Below, one piece after another: positions 22,105-33,952 of a stretch of 64,000 bases of DNA (its first letter is position 1; each line of letters opens with the position of its first letter). The stretch is from assembly GCA_020184695.1 (NCBI GenBank), contig JAANOX010000042.1:330766-394765 (forward strand). Direction: 5' to 3'. The notes under the pieces were generated by a model. That model ran no database searches, had not been told where the DNA came from, and saw only the letters and a program-made list of their open reading frames with translations. This stretch comes from Histomonas meleagridis 2922-C6/04-290x (lineage: Eukaryota; Protista; Parabasalia). Position numbers and translations under genes: made by a program.

Positions 22105-22658
22105 TAACGCACAAAGCAAATTTATACTTTATTATATCTAAATAAATAATTTTTTATATTTATCATATTAATTCCCATATATTTATCCAAACAAGTAATT
22201 TTATCTCTTAACTTCTTTATTTTGCAATACCTTTCATAAAAAAGTTGTATTAATTCTAAAGTTGAAGAGATTATGAAATAAACTAAATTAATTGTTCAAT
22301 TTACTTTAAACAAAAAAAATTTCATTGACTAAATATAAACTAAATATAGAAGAGAATTTATTTATTTATTTTTGATAATATTCCTTAGAATTGGATTATC
22401 TGTTTCGAGAAGATATACAACACCTACTGATAAAGATATATTTAAAGCAGCAATTGCCACTCTCTTTAATGCTGAAGGCTCTTCTATAGATTTTACTGAA
22501 TTGTTCCACCAGTCAGAAATGAATTCTAATGGCTTGGGCATTATCCTCATATTGACCAGGTTTGTTCGAACAAACCCAATTGGATGTAAATGTTGAAATC
22601 AAAATTGTGAATATGCAAATTGTTCTGAAAAAAATCAATTGATTTGTTTAACAAATTT

Positions 22659-22858
22659 CTAATTACCTGCATCAAATGCTTCTTGTTTAAGAAACAATTT
22701 AACTATTTCTGTTTGACCATTTTTAGTTGCACATGTAAGTGCTGTATTAAATTTTTTTAATAATTTCCGAATATTATTTTGAAATATAAAATTATTAAAA
22801 CAAATATTAAAAAAAAAATAAGTATCATTAGCATTAATATCATTTCCTTCTTGTCCCA
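22659..22858 (-). pseudogene. orphan ankyrin block + insert fragment
   Basis: ..GQEGNDINAND, a 78-nt insert (22823-22746), then TALTCATKNGQTEIVKLFLKQE. Homologous to the 15-16.6 kb modules. Confidence 0.8.
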
Positions 22859-23012
22859 GGAAATTATTTTCCTAAGAGCTTCTGTATGCCATATCTGATA
22901 TTTTACTTAGCGAAGTAAGCGATCTGTGTGCCACGGACAATTATTTATTGAAAATGTTCAAATAGATATAATCGAAAAGAAATTACATCTTTGGTTATTA
23001 CTCAAAAATACG

Positions 23013-23286
23013 AAAAAAAATTACTCCTTCAACAAAAATGAATTGATATTAATGCTAATAATATTTATTTTATTTAAAATTTATTTTGATAATTTTATAT
23101 TATAAAATAATATTTTGAAAATATTTAAAACAGCACTTATTTTAGCATCTTGGAATGGTCATACAGAAATAGTTAAATTACTTCTTGAACAAGAAGGAAT
23201 TGATATTAATGCTAAAGATATTTATTTGTTTTATTTGGTGTTTCAAAATAATATTTGGAAATTATTTAAATTAAATAAAACAGCTG
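23013..23286 (+). pseudogene. orphan ankyrin module with two inserts, flanked by a 22-bp direct repeat
   Basis: Block 23130-23219 reads TALILASWNGHTEIVKLLLEQEGIDINAKD. Inserts are 67 and 60 nt. Flanking repeats at 22991-23012 and 23287-23308 are 20/22 identical. Confidence 0.8.
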
Positions 23287-23324
23287 TTGGTCATCACTCA
23301 AAAATACGCAGCTCAAAGCTCAAC

Positions 23325-24347
23325 TTATGGATTGTGATTCAAAGTTTCGACTGTGTAAGTTCCGTCGCTTTTGCAAATGAATTGCATTTCTTTCCCATCA
23401 ATTACCTTTTTATAAATTTTCGTTTCGTTTCTCTTCTTATCAATCATAGTTTCGATTTCTTTTATTTCGCTTAGAATTTCTTCGATTTCTTCATCCAAAT
23501 TATTTTCTTGATCAGAAATGTTTTCGAAGAATTTATCACTTTCTTCATAAGCGCTGTTAATATTTTCATTTATTTGCTCCAATTTGTCGTATAATGGTTT
23601 CGACACCTCATCAATAAGAGAATTGAAAATCGATTTGATCTCAAATTTCTCCGACCGCTGACCGTCCGCTTCTTGATTTACTTTATCGAGGCGCGAATTG
23701 ATTTCGTTTTCGAGCGAATTTAATTCAGTTTCGGCATCAATAAATTCTTTTTCATATTTTTCTTGGAATTGGTTAAAGATGTCATCGATTTTATTGTCAG
23801 TTTCGCGTATTGTTTGGTCGAGTTTGTCTTGATTTAACTCGATTTCTGATTGTGTATTTTTTATTTGATTCTGTAATTCGGTAATTTGGCTGGTGTAGTT
23901 GCGCCACGGACTGAGTTCTTCTTCTTTGGCGTCTGCTTTGTGTGATAGGTTGCGAGATAATTTGGCGATGTTCAAAAGTGATTCATCAAATTCCTTTTTG
24001 AACGCGTGATATTCATTTTGTATTGGTTTGATTTGGAGCGAAGCAGATATTGTTGGAGAAGTCTGTGCTTTTAATGAAAGTGCTTGAACTTTCCGCGATA
24101 TTTCTAATGATTCATTTTGAATATTTTTTATAACATTCCGAAGATTTTCTGTTTCTTTTTCTTCTTCAGAGATTGCTTTTTGTTGCTGGTTTTTTTGTGG
24201 TAAATCAGCACAAAATTTTTCAAGTTCAATTATCTTTCGTTCAATTTCTTCTATTTTTGAATCTACCGAATTTTGATCTTCTGTTTCTTCTTGTGGTACA
24301 TATAAGGTTTTTGGTTGTGTCTCATTAAATATATTATCATGTTCCAT
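23325..24347 (-). CDS. acidic coiled-coil protein
   Basis: 340-aa ORF with heptad composition. Confidence 0.75.
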   Translation of the reverse strand: MEHDNIFNETQPKTLYVPQEETEDQNSVDSKIEEIERKIIELEKFCADLPQKNQQQKAISEEEKETENLRNVIKNIQNESLEISRKVQALSLKAQTSPTISASLQIKPIQNEYHAFKKEFDESLLNIAKLSRNLSHKADAKEEELSPWRNYTSQITELQNQIKNTQSEIELNQDKLDQTIRETDNKIDDIFNQFQEKYEKEFIDAETELNSLENEINSRLDKVNQEADGQRSEKFEIKSIFNSLIDEVSKPLYDKLEQINENINSAYEESDKFFENISDQENNLDEEIEEILSEIKEIETMIDKKRNETKIYKKVIDGKEMQFICKSDGTYTVETLNHNP

Positions 24348-24428
24348 TTTTCGAGAGAACTAACGTATTTTGGAGCACCCCAAAGTTATAATCATAAACC
24401 ATTCAATACTTATCGTTGTTTATAACCT

Positions 24429-26024
24429 ATGACTATTTCATTTACTTCTCTTCTCGAAACACATAATTTTTCTGACTTCAAATTTACATTAAACTCTGTC
24501 CAGTACTCCCTGCATCGTGCGATTTTATCACAAAGGAGTAAATTTTTTCACAAATTATTTGAAGATAATCCGATTCTGACGGAAAAAGAGATGACAATTG
24601 ACGAAAGATTATCGCCTCTATTTCCTCTAATCCTCAAATGGTTATACTCATCACCAAATTTCACAATAGAAAAATGTTCGTTTTGTCAAATCACATATTT
24701 GGCTGTTATATTCGAAATTGATTCACTCACGGATGCGCTCACGTCATGGCTCATATCAAATTTGAACAGTACGTATGTTATCAATTATTATGCTAAAATT
24801 CATCCGTTGAAGGATAAGCTTCCAAAGTCATTTTTCGAGGTAATATATCAATTCATTCTTACGTATTTCGAAGACATTGATAATAAAGAAATATCAACTT
24901 TATTATCATGTGATCTTTATACTCATATGATTAAAGATCCAAATTTAATTGCATCGGCTTATGAAAAGTCTCTTTCCATTGTTGAGTATCTTGAGGTAAA
25001 CAAAGATACTCTCTCTTCATCTGAGATCCACGTTTTACTTGACATATATCTAGAAAATGGTTGGATTGTTCGCATCTCCAAAATATTTCAAATCGTAAGG
25101 AAAGATCGAATTGATGAACTCATCAAATTTGCAGCTCATCATTTCTCTCATTTAACCATTCATGAACTTGAACAAATACCAATTGACATTCTTCGACAAA
25201 TATTTTCTTCATATGAAATCGATGCTCGTGATGAAACTGAACTTAAACGAAAATTTGAGTTACTTTCGACCGATACAACCAAAGACGTTAACCCCTCAGA
25301 AATCATCACTTCACCTCACAAATACATCAACCAGTGCAAAACCGCCGGAACCGTCCGCTGTTTAATATTGGGAAGTTTAATGCTTGAAGTGTTGGACACG
25401 TTAAAGCAGAATTTAATTGATGGAGGACTTAATTCAAAGAACGTCGTTGTGTATAACGCAGATCGAAGTAATCCAACCGTTGAATTTCTATTTCAATTTG
25501 ATGTCATATTTGCATTTACACATTATCAATTTTATTCAACGAAAGTAATCAGTGAATTATTAACGAAATTCGCGTTACAAAGAGGTGGTGCAATTGTAAT
25601 TGCATATGGTTTCATGAGAAGTGATGATTGGGGTTGTGGTGATGAAAAGTTACTTCGATTAATGCCTTTTAAAAGAGGCGAAATATCATTATGTTATTGC
25701 GATGAGAATAATTATAATTTTCCAAATGTTTCACCAGTGAAAGATTTTGAGTTCTTTTTAAGTGGTATAACAAATATAAAATTCTCGACGTTTTTGCCAA
25801 GAATTAATGTCGAGTTAAATGATAATGCTCATTTGGTGGCTAATTATGATGACGGAATGCCTTTGGTCGCATACTCTGATATCCCGAATTCCGATGCGAA
25901 GTTCGTGGGCTTGAATTATTACCCGTTGGCGAGAAAAGGTCAAAGATATGGAATAGAACCCGATACGCCGATTTCGAAACTAGCCGCAAGGGCTGTGAAA
26001 TTCGCACTCGGAATCAAAGAATAA
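24429..26024 (+). CDS. BTB/POZ-domain protein with a C-terminal alpha/beta (possibly GATase-like) domain
   Basis: The N-terminal FSDFKFTL..YSLHRAILSQRSKFFHKLF is a BTB signature. The C-terminal domain assignment is tentative. Confidence 0.8.
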   Translation: MTISFTSLLETHNFSDFKFTLNSVQYSLHRAILSQRSKFFHKLFEDNPILTEKEMTIDERLSPLFPLILKWLYSSPNFTIEKCSFCQITYLAVIFEIDSLTDALTSWLISNLNSTYVINYYAKIHPLKDKLPKSFFEVIYQFILTYFEDIDNKEISTLLSCDLYTHMIKDPNLIASAYEKSLSIVEYLEVNKDTLSSSEIHVLLDIYLENGWIVRISKIFQIVRKDRIDELIKFAAHHFSHLTIHELEQIPIDILRQIFSSYEIDARDETELKRKFELLSTDTTKDVNPSEIITSPHKYINQCKTAGTVRCLILGSLMLEVLDTLKQNLIDGGLNSKNVVVYNADRSNPTVEFLFQFDVIFAFTHYQFYSTKVISELLTKFALQRGGAIVIAYGFMRSDDWGCGDEKLLRLMPFKRGEISLCYCDENNYNFPNVSPVKDFEFFLSGITNIKFSTFLPRINVELNDNAHLVANYDDGMPLVAYSDIPNSDAKFVGLNYYPLARKGQRYGIEPDTPISKLAARAVKFALGIKE

Positions 26025-26225
26025 AAATAAGACATAGGGAAAAAGAGAAGAAAAAATTGTTAAGTAAAATCGGAAATTTCATTTTAATTCTTTGTGAAAA
26101 AACTCAATAGAACGATAGCAAATTTTCAGATAAAAACGATAATTCGAATATTGAATTTCACTATCGTTTAAATCATGATTTAAAACTTTATAAAATTTTT
26201 CATGATTAGAATATGACAGAAAAAA

Positions 26226-26732
26226 TTATTTCTTATTGTTTTTCTTTGGCTTGTTTGATTTTGTATTTTTGGCTTTTTCTAATTGCTCTAAAAGTGTTCG
26301 TTTTTCTTGTTGAAGTCTTTCGTTTTTTTCATCCAAAATTTTAATTGAATTTTGAAGTCTTTTTTCTTCTTTAGCAAATGTTTTATCTTCTTCGTTTTGT
26401 TGATTTTCAAATTCTTTGATAAATTTTTCTGATAATTCTTGTTGTTCTTTTTGGTAATTAAGATTTTGATTTTTTAATTCATCATATTTCATTTCAAGTG
26501 ATTTTTGTTTATCTTTTAGCATTTTATTTTCTTTTTTAAGTTTTTTTGTTATTTTTTTTTGTTGTTCTAGTTCTTCAATTAATAATTGGTATTCAATTTC
26601 ATCTGAATCTATTATTTGATTTTCTTTATCACACATCTTTTGTTCATTATTGATGTCCATTTGTTTAATTTGTTCATCGATTTTTCTAATTTTTTGTAAG
26701 TTCTTTCGAATTTGGTCAAGTTCGTTCATCAT
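26226..26732 (-). CDS. short coiled-coil protein
   Basis: First ATG at 26732 (MMNELDQ..), K/E/Q-rich heptads. Confidence 0.65.
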   Translation of the reverse strand: MMNELDQIRKNLQKIRKIDEQIKQMDINNEQKMCDKENQIIDSDEIEYQLLIEELEQQKKITKKLKKENKMLKDKQKSLEMKYDELKNQNLNYQKEQQELSEKFIKEFENQQNEEDKTFAKEEKRLQNSIKILDEKNERLQQEKRTLLEQLEKAKNTKSNKPKKNNKK

Positions 26733-26811
26733 ACGCACGTTTAAAGCCGTTATCCATTTAAACGTTCTCCGGACAAACAACCAAAGTCACTTTTGTCGAG
26801 CCACTTAAATC

Positions 26812-28437
26812 ATGAATTCCCCAAGTTCCCTCAAACTCAACGGAGAGAGACAAACAGGCGAAAATGTACGTGTCCAAAACACTCGCGCTGCTATTGCAGT
26901 CGCTAATGTTGTTCGATCATCACTTGGACCAATTGGTCTTGATAAGATGCTTGTTGACGACATGGGTGAAGTCACAATTACAAACGATGGTGCTACAATT
27001 CTTCAAAACCTCGATGTACAACATCCAGCTGGTAAAGTATTGATTCAATTATCTGAACTTCAAGATCGTGAAGTTGGTGATGGAACAACAACTGTTGTTC
27101 TCTTAGCAGCAGAACTTCTTCGTCTTGGTCAGGAACTTATTGATCAAAAAGTTCATCCAAATACTGTTATTGCAGGATATCGTCGTGCAGGACGTATGGC
27201 AGTTGCATACCTTAAGAAGAATCTTTCTGTCTCCAACAGTGGTCTTGATCGTGATATTCTTCTCAATGTAGCCAAAACCTCCATGTCGTCCAAAATCCTT
27301 CATGCATATTCTGATTTCTTTGCCAACATTGTTGTAGATGCGTGCTTATGTGTTAAAGGCAAAACCAACAAATGTCCAGTCTCCAAGATCAACATTGTCA
27401 AATCCCTTGGTAAGTCATTACCAGAATCCTCATTAATATCAAATGGTCTTGCAATCAATGCCACACGTTCAGCCGAAGCAATGCCACGCAAAGTTGAAGA
27501 TGTCAAAATTGCAGTATTGGATTTAAGTTTATCACGAACGCGATTACCAATGGGTGTTCAATTCCGACTTAAAGATGCATCCAAGCTCAACCAAATCCAG
27601 CATGAAGAAGTCGAGCAATGCAGGAAGATTGTTGATGCAATTATCTCTGCCGGAGCCAATGTCATTATCACATCGAAGACAATTGACGAAGCGTCGTTAA
27701 AGCCTATGATTCGAAACGGCATCATCGGCATTCGTCATGTTTCCGATGGCGAAATTGCCGCTGTTGCGCGTGCCACCGGTGCGACGATCATTAAAGAAGT
27801 TGTTGATGCTGAAGGAAACACTAAGTTTGATCCATCATGGCTTGGACGTTGCAAGTGCGTTGAACAAGTGCCAATTGGCGATAACGAAATGATTGTCATC
27901 CGTGAAGCAGCAGCAGAGAACTCAGCGTCAATTGTCTTACGTGGACCAAACACATATACATTAGATGAAGCTAATCGTACATTAAGAGATGCATTAAACG
28001 CAATCAAAAGAGTCGTCGAGTCACATCACGTGACATCCGGCGGCGGCGCAGTCGAAGCAGGTTTATCAGTGTACTTATCAAAGGCTGCAATGAATTACGA
28101 AGGAAAAGAACAAATCGCAATCCTTAAGTTCGCTGAAGCATTGTTGGTCATTCCAAAGATTTTAGCAAATAACGCGGCATTGGATTCAATCGAATTAGTC
28201 GCAAAGTTAAGGGCTGCACATTACAAAGCACAAGAAAATGGTGAAAAATGTTTCGCTGCTTTGGATTTGGTCGAAAATAAAATTAGAGACGGATTCAAGG
28301 ACGGTGTGTTGGAGCCGGCAATGTCAAAGGTTAAGTCAATACAATTCGCAACAGAAGCTGCAATTACTATTTTGAGAATTGACGATCTGATTAAGTTGAA
28401 GCCTGACGAAAAGAAGAAGGACGATGATGATGAGTAA
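26812..28437 (+). CDS. TCP1: T-complex protein 1 subunit alpha (CCT1)
   Basis: [45 protein letters not shown] and [12 protein letters not shown] motifs. Confidence 0.95.
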   Translation: MNSPSSLKLNGERQTGENVRVQNTRAAIAVANVVRSSLGPIGLDKMLVDDMGEVTITNDGATILQNLDVQHPAGKVLIQLSELQDREVGDGTTTVVLLAAELLRLGQELIDQKVHPNTVIAGYRRAGRMAVAYLKKNLSVSNSGLDRDILLNVAKTSMSSKILHAYSDFFANIVVDACLCVKGKTNKCPVSKINIVKSLGKSLPESSLISNGLAINATRSAEAMPRKVEDVKIAVLDLSLSRTRLPMGVQFRLKDASKLNQIQHEEVEQCRKIVDAIISAGANVIITSKTIDEASLKPMIRNGIIGIRHVSDGEIAAVARATGATIIKEVVDAEGNTKFDPSWLGRCKCVEQVPIGDNEMIVIREAAAENSASIVLRGPNTYTLDEANRTLRDALNAIKRVVESHHVTSGGGAVEAGLSVYLSKAAMNYEGKEQIAILKFAEALLVIPKILANNAALDSIELVAKLRAAHYKAQENGEKCFAALDLVENKIRDGFKDGVLEPAMSKVKSIQFATEAAITILRIDDLIKLKPDEKKKDDDDE

Positions 28438-29302
28438 AAAGATAATTAATTCTTTGATGATGATGAAATTTTATTAGCAAAATGAATCTAATGAACTGTC
28501 ATTATGTGGTCAGCACCCAAAAATTAAACGTGTTCGTTAGAAGCCCAATGTTAAATGTCTTTCATCTGTTTTTGTGATCATTTTGCTTAATTTTTGATTT
28601 TAAATGAAATATTCTAATTATTGATAATTAATTCAAAAAATTAGAATTAAGCATAAAATCATCTTTAATATCAAATTTTAATCATTTTTTCCTTATTTAT
28701 TTATTTTTTATTTTTTATTTTCATAAAAAATCATTTTAAAATATTCTTTTTAAACTTTAAATAATATTCAAAGAATTTTTATACATGTATAAAGATACTG
28801 ATTTATATCAAGTTAATAATCAACTGATAATTATATTTCAAATTTTGATTATAAATTATATTTATGTTCTAAATCTAAAAATTCAATTTACAATGATAAG
28901 TGAATATTTTTTTGCTGAATTTATTCATTTCACACAAGCGATATCATGAATTGAATTTTGCAATAAATATACGATTTAGCTTAATTCAAAACATCTCTTG
29001 GTTGATGCGATGACTCGTTCATATTTGGAACGTTTAACATTCAAATTTTTTATCGTTTAAGTGATTCAATGTCAAATTTGACCTTTGAAAGCTGTTGACC
29101 TGTCAGGAAAAATTGAATAGTATTCAATTTTAAAATGTCGATCCAGAAAAGTGACAAACGTTCTGGAATTTCTGCGTTGAAAACCACAGAAGTTCATTCA
29201 AATCAAGTTGTCAAAAAGCTAAAATTATTTTTATTTTGAATGTGTTCACAAAACGATTATTTTTTGTGTTTAAGAATTTCAGATTTTATTAACTAAAATG
29301 TG

Positions 29303-30418
29303 CTAGTTCTTTATAAAGCTATTTCTCCGAACAATTCCACTGGAGTCCCTTACAATGCTTCCTCCGAAGCGCATCATTCCGGATCCCATTGGGGATGGCG
29401 TTTTAGCTCCGAACGAGAAAGATCCCTTCGATGCATTACTTGTTGTTCTTGTTCTATTCATTCTCGTTCCCATCTGTTTCAGTATAGTCCGGGGGCTTGC
29501 AATTGGTGCAGCTGTTTGCTGCTCATTTGAGTTGCTTAAGAGCCGGACAAATGTTCTTTCTGTGATTGCAGGTTTGATTGCCGCCGAATTTCCAGTATCC
29601 CACTTAGCTTCCACGCCGTCAAGCCATGGGTGACCATATGCTTCGGTTGCGGACAATCTGGAGACTGAATCTGGATTTAATAATTTTGTGATAAGATCGC
29701 GACAAAACATGGATATGTGGTCTGGGATTTCATAAATGCCGCTTTTGATCTGTTTGAATATAACAACTTGGTTTGTTCCTCGCCATGGTAATTCACCTGT
29801 GACTAAACAATACAATATGACGCCACAACTCCACATGTCAGCAGCTCGGCCATCATAGGATTGTCCATCAATGATTTCTGGAGCAGCATAAGCTGGCGAT
29901 CCGCATGGAGTTGCACACATTTGACCTGGATTTGCAAACCGTGAGAAGCCAAAATCTATGATTTTGATGTTACCGTTGGGATCCATTAATACATTTTCTG
30001 GTTTAAGGTCTCTATGAGCTATTCCTTGTGCATGGATATATTTGACAGTATCAAGGATCTGTTTGAAAATATGTTTGGCTGATTCTTCGTTGATCAGTCC
30101 AGGTTGTGATAATTTGGTCATAAGTGTATCACCTTTACATAATTCCATTATTAAATAAAAAAAGGAGGAATCAAGAAGGAAGTCATAGATTTTGATAATG
30201 CCTGGATGATCCATATTAAGAACGACACGTACTTCTCGTTCAAAACGTTCGATATCTGCTGCAGTATTCATGTTAGCTTTTGGTATTATTTTGACGGCGT
30301 ATTTGGTGTGGGTTTCAATATCTTGCCCTTCTTTAACGAGACTGAAAGAGCCCTTCCCCAGTGTGTGACCGAGATTATACTTTCCTATAAAAGGAGGAAG
30401 GCAAGCCCAGGATGACAT
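29303..30418 (-). CDS. CAMK-group Ser/Thr kinase (SNF1/CIPK-like)
   Basis: GKGSFSLV, AVK, HRDLKPEN, DFG and TPCGSPAYAAPE motifs. Confidence 0.92.
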   Translation of the reverse strand: MSSWACLPPFIGKYNLGHTLGKGSFSLVKEGQDIETHTKYAVKIIPKANMNTAADIERFEREVRVVLNMDHPGIIKIYDFLLDSSFFYLIMELCKGDTLMTKLSQPGLINEESAKHIFKQILDTVKYIHAQGIAHRDLKPENVLMDPNGNIKIIDFGFSRFANPGQMCATPCGSPAYAAPEIIDGQSYDGRAADMWSCGVILYCLVTGELPWRGTNQVVIFKQIKSGIYEIPDHISMFCRDLITKLLNPDSVSRLSATEAYGHPWLDGVEAKWDTGNSAAIKPAITERTFVRLLSNSNEQQTAAPIASPRTILKQMGTRMNRTRTTSNASKGSFSFGAKTPSPMGSGMMRFGGSIVRDSSGIVRRNSFIKN

Positions 30419-31156
30419 TGAAATTAGCGGTTATCTCATACACTGAAATTTTCTGTTTAATACACAAAATTGAATGGTATAAATATTTGCATAATTGGCT
30501 TATCAAAAGAAGCTTGGCTAAAACGTGCGTTTTAGTATTGAAAAAAAAATATTAGAACTCTGAAAAACAATCTTGATATGAAAATCAAGTAAGATAATTG
30601 CTGAGCATAAAAAATTGTCAAATTCGTAAAATCAATTTGTTAGAAATAAATGATTTATTATCCACTCTTAAATAAAATACTATTGGTGTCTTGAAGAAGA
30701 AGTGTATGGTTTGAGTATTCTGATTAAAATGTTTTATTTGACAATTATTATTTTGGGATAAATAATTATTTTTATTTTTCATTTTCAGCCTAATTTGATT
30801 GCCACTTTAAAATATTTATAAATCTTTATCATTAAATCTTATTTCCTGAAGAGTAACACCCAAATTCATCTAAAGAATTGTCTAAATTAGTTTTGATTTT
30901 TAATCATTCACATTGCTTACAAGGTTGAAAAGGTGAATATAAAATGCTAAGATTTTAACAATTTCTTCTGCACCGTTATTAATCAATATCTATCTCAACA
31001 TAATCAAAAATGATGTACACAAAATATATAAATAAGCATGGTAAAACCTCAACTAATTAAAATTACAAACAGGTATAAAATTCTTAATTAATTAAAATCT
31101 TTTGGAAATTCTTTTTTTGTATAATTTTCAATAAGGCGGCCGTTTATTTCACACAA

Positions 31157-32197
31157 ATGTTTGAAGATGAGGAAGAAAAAGAAGAATTAAAACCACACTT
31201 AGTCAACACAATCGAACCAATAGTTATTGGTCCTTTCCGATTTATTAAACCTTATCTTTACACATTCCATTGCTCAGCAAAAGCTCGCTGGATTGGCAAA
31301 CCGTTAATTGATGTATTTGAACACGAATTCAAGCATTGGAGCCATTCAACTCTAGTAGAACGTATTCAAAGTGGTTACATAACAGTGAACAAACATCATA
31401 TCACTATTGATTATATCATACAGAATCGCGATTTTATTGAACATACTATTCTCCGCCGCGAATCCCCTATATATAACCTACCGATTGAAAAGCTTGGGGA
31501 AACTGCAGATTATGTAGCATATCATAAACCTTCATCACTTCCAGTTTATTCAACTGGTGGTTATTATTACAACTCACTCATCAATATGGTTGATCCGCAA
31601 TATCATCCAGTCCATCGCCTTGATAAGGTTACATCTGGTATTGTTGTTTTTGCGAAGAGCGAAACCAGTGCGCGTCATTTTGGCCAAATGCTTCTTTCAA
31701 AGAAAATCCATAAAACATATATTGCACGTGTTATCGGGTCATTTCCTGCTGGCGAAACTAAAGTATATGCCCCAATCAGGGAATCATCTGTTAATAGATC
31801 TCTTCGAGAATGTGGAGAAGGTGGTAAAGAAAGTTTGACTTTGTTTAAGTTAATTTCAACTAATGGAAGCGAAAGCATTGTTGAATGTCATCCTATAACA
31901 GGCCGAACGCATCAAATTCGAGTACATTTGTCATATTTAGGTTATCCAATTTCTAATGACGTAAAATATGGCGGAAAAGAGCCTGTGCTAAGTAGTGATG
32001 AGAAAAAGGCACTAGAAGAGGCTAAAAAAAGAGGTCTATGGCCACCAGATACGACATTTGAAGATGAGAACCCGGCAGTTTCTTTTGGTATATACTTACA
32101 TTCTTGTCATTACCAGTCAGATGAGTTTGATTTTAAGGCACCGTTGCCAAAATGGACCGAGTTACCAGAGAAAAAATCGAAATGCAAAATTCAATGA
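31157..32197 (+). CDS. RluA-family pseudouridine synthase
   Basis: HRLDKVTSG (catalytic Asp) and TGRTHQIRVH motifs. Confidence 0.92.
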   Translation: MFEDEEEKEELKPHLVNTIEPIVIGPFRFIKPYLYTFHCSAKARWIGKPLIDVFEHEFKHWSHSTLVERIQSGYITVNKHHITIDYIIQNRDFIEHTILRRESPIYNLPIEKLGETADYVAYHKPSSLPVYSTGGYYYNSLINMVDPQYHPVHRLDKVTSGIVVFAKSETSARHFGQMLLSKKIHKTYIARVIGSFPAGETKVYAPIRESSVNRSLRECGEGGKESLTLFKLISTNGSESIVECHPITGRTHQIRVHLSYLGYPISNDVKYGGKEPVLSSDEKKALEEAKKRGLWPPDTTFEDENPAVSFGIYLHSCHYQSDEFDFKAPLPKWTELPEKKSKCKIQ

Positions 32198-32737
32198 ATG
32201 TGGAGTGAAACGATAGAAATAAACATTTGTATATTTGAAATGAGCTTCCGTTTAATTCTGAATTTCTCCAAAATTATTGAAAAGCAACTATTTGGCTTTA
32301 ATGTCTTATACAACAGTATTCGTATGGATGTTTTTGTTGAGGTCAGCAATCTAGGGGATTTTTGTTAAGAAATGTTAAATAATCGCTACCAAAAGTGTCT
32401 AAATATCTTAGATGAACACCTTTTATTAATATTTTCACGACAGCGGACATGTTTTCTTATCAAATGATTTGGTGATTTTGATCGTAACAATTAACACTGA
32501 AGATTCTTCTGATTTATAAAATAATTTGATTATTTATGCATAACCTATTCAAATGTAATTACAAGTGTTGTTTTAAATATTTCAAAAATTTTAAAACATC
32601 AAATTAATAAAATAAGTAAAGATCTTTGCTCTTAATAAGTGTTGGCATAGGAAATTGAACTTTTTGAATTAAGTCGACATTTTTTAATAATTCTTTCAAA
32701 AAGTCGGCCTAAGACCACTGCCCAAAATCATCAAGAA

Positions 32738-33952
32738 ATGCTTCATCTTGGAACAGAACCAAAATGGGTATCAATTTCCAACAAAGTAAAGTATCCAGAT
32801 GATATTTCACTTCGGTACATTGATTTGATGGAAGAAAATGTAAAGAATTTTGAAACTGAATTTGCAACCAAATTAGTTGAAAGAAAATTTATAACAACAA
32901 ATATGATCATCCAGCCGCGTGGCCTTACTAACGAAAAACTAATGTGTTTTGCAAATTCTTCAATACAACTTTTATTTGCCTCACCAAATTTCCTAAGCTT
33001 TGCTTATTTTATGAAACAAAACCGTCCGCTTTTTTCACCTCGACAACGTGAGCTTACCCCAGCCTGGAATGCTCTTTGTGATTTCCTAAGTAACTTTCAA
33101 TTTTCCGATTCTACCACATCTGATGGTGCCACACCCTCACTAAAATCCTTGTCAATCACCAAGATGGCATTTCCTACCAATCTTAATGTACTTGATAAAG
33201 TGTTTGGTATATTTAGTAGTAAGCGCAAACCACTTCTTCAAGAAGATGCCATCCAATTTCTTCTTTATTTTCTCAATCTCCTTCACGAAGAGGTTCTTTC
33301 TCTGATGAGTCTTGCGCCAGAAGATGAAAAGGCATCAAATAACGGTCCCTGGAAAACCGCCGGCACTAACCGCCGTAACATTGTGCTACAAGAAACGCAA
33401 GGCGAGCAATCACCATTCACAGATATTTTTGTTACAATGGTACGTTCAGATACATTAGAAAATGGTCGTTCTCGTACTGTTTCGAAAGAATCTCATTTAG
33501 TTATTCCTCTTCCAATTCAAGGGCATAAAACACTTTATGAATGTATTGATGCATTTGTAGCTGAAGAAATAATAACTAATAGTATTTCAAAAAAGACAAC
33601 TTTTTTGTCATTCCCAAAGTCTATAATATTCGGGTTAAAACGATTTGCATATGACCCTTTTGTAGACAGATCAATAAAACTGTTCGACGAAGTCGAATAC
33701 CCTGAAATACTTGTCCTGGAAAGGCCAATGGATAAAGTGCCAATAAAATATCAATTGTCCGCAATTGTGGAACACATTGGTAAATCACCGGAAGGAGGAC
33801 ATTATTTGTGTTACGGAAGGAGATTCGACGGAACATGGATGCTATTCGATGATGATAGAGTGGTGAAGTTGGCAGATAAAGAATACTTGGACAAAGAGGC
33901 ATACTTGTTGCTATATAACCAAATAACATCATTTATGCCTGATGAAGACTAA
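32738..33952 (+). CDS. ubiquitin C-terminal hydrolase (USP/C19, USP10-like)
   Basis: Cys box GLTNEKLMCFANSSIQ, QEDAIQF, His box HIGKSPEGGHY and FDDD. Confidence 0.88.
   Translation: MLHLGTEPKWVSISNKVKYPDDISLRYIDLMEENVKNFETEFATKLVERKFITTNMIIQPRGLTNEKLMCFANSSIQLLFASPNFLSFAYFMKQNRPLFSPRQRELTPAWNALCDFLSNFQFSDSTTSDGATPSLKSLSITKMAFPTNLNVLDKVFGIFSSKRKPLLQEDAIQFLLYFLNLLHEEVLSLMSLAPEDEKASNNGPWKTAGTNRRNIVLQETQGEQSPFTDIFVTMVRSDTLENGRSRTVSKESHLVIPLPIQGHKTLYECIDAFVAEEIITNSISKKTTFLSFPKSIIFGLKRFAYDPFVDRSIKLFDEVEYPEILVLERPMDKVPIKYQLSAIVEHIGKSPEGGHYLCYGRRFDGTWMLFDDDRVVKLADKEYLDKEAYLLLYNQITSFMPDED

Noticed and set aside
1-28437. Two CCT subunit genes as a functional cluster
   Set aside because: They are 25 kb apart with unrelated genes between; compatible with chance.
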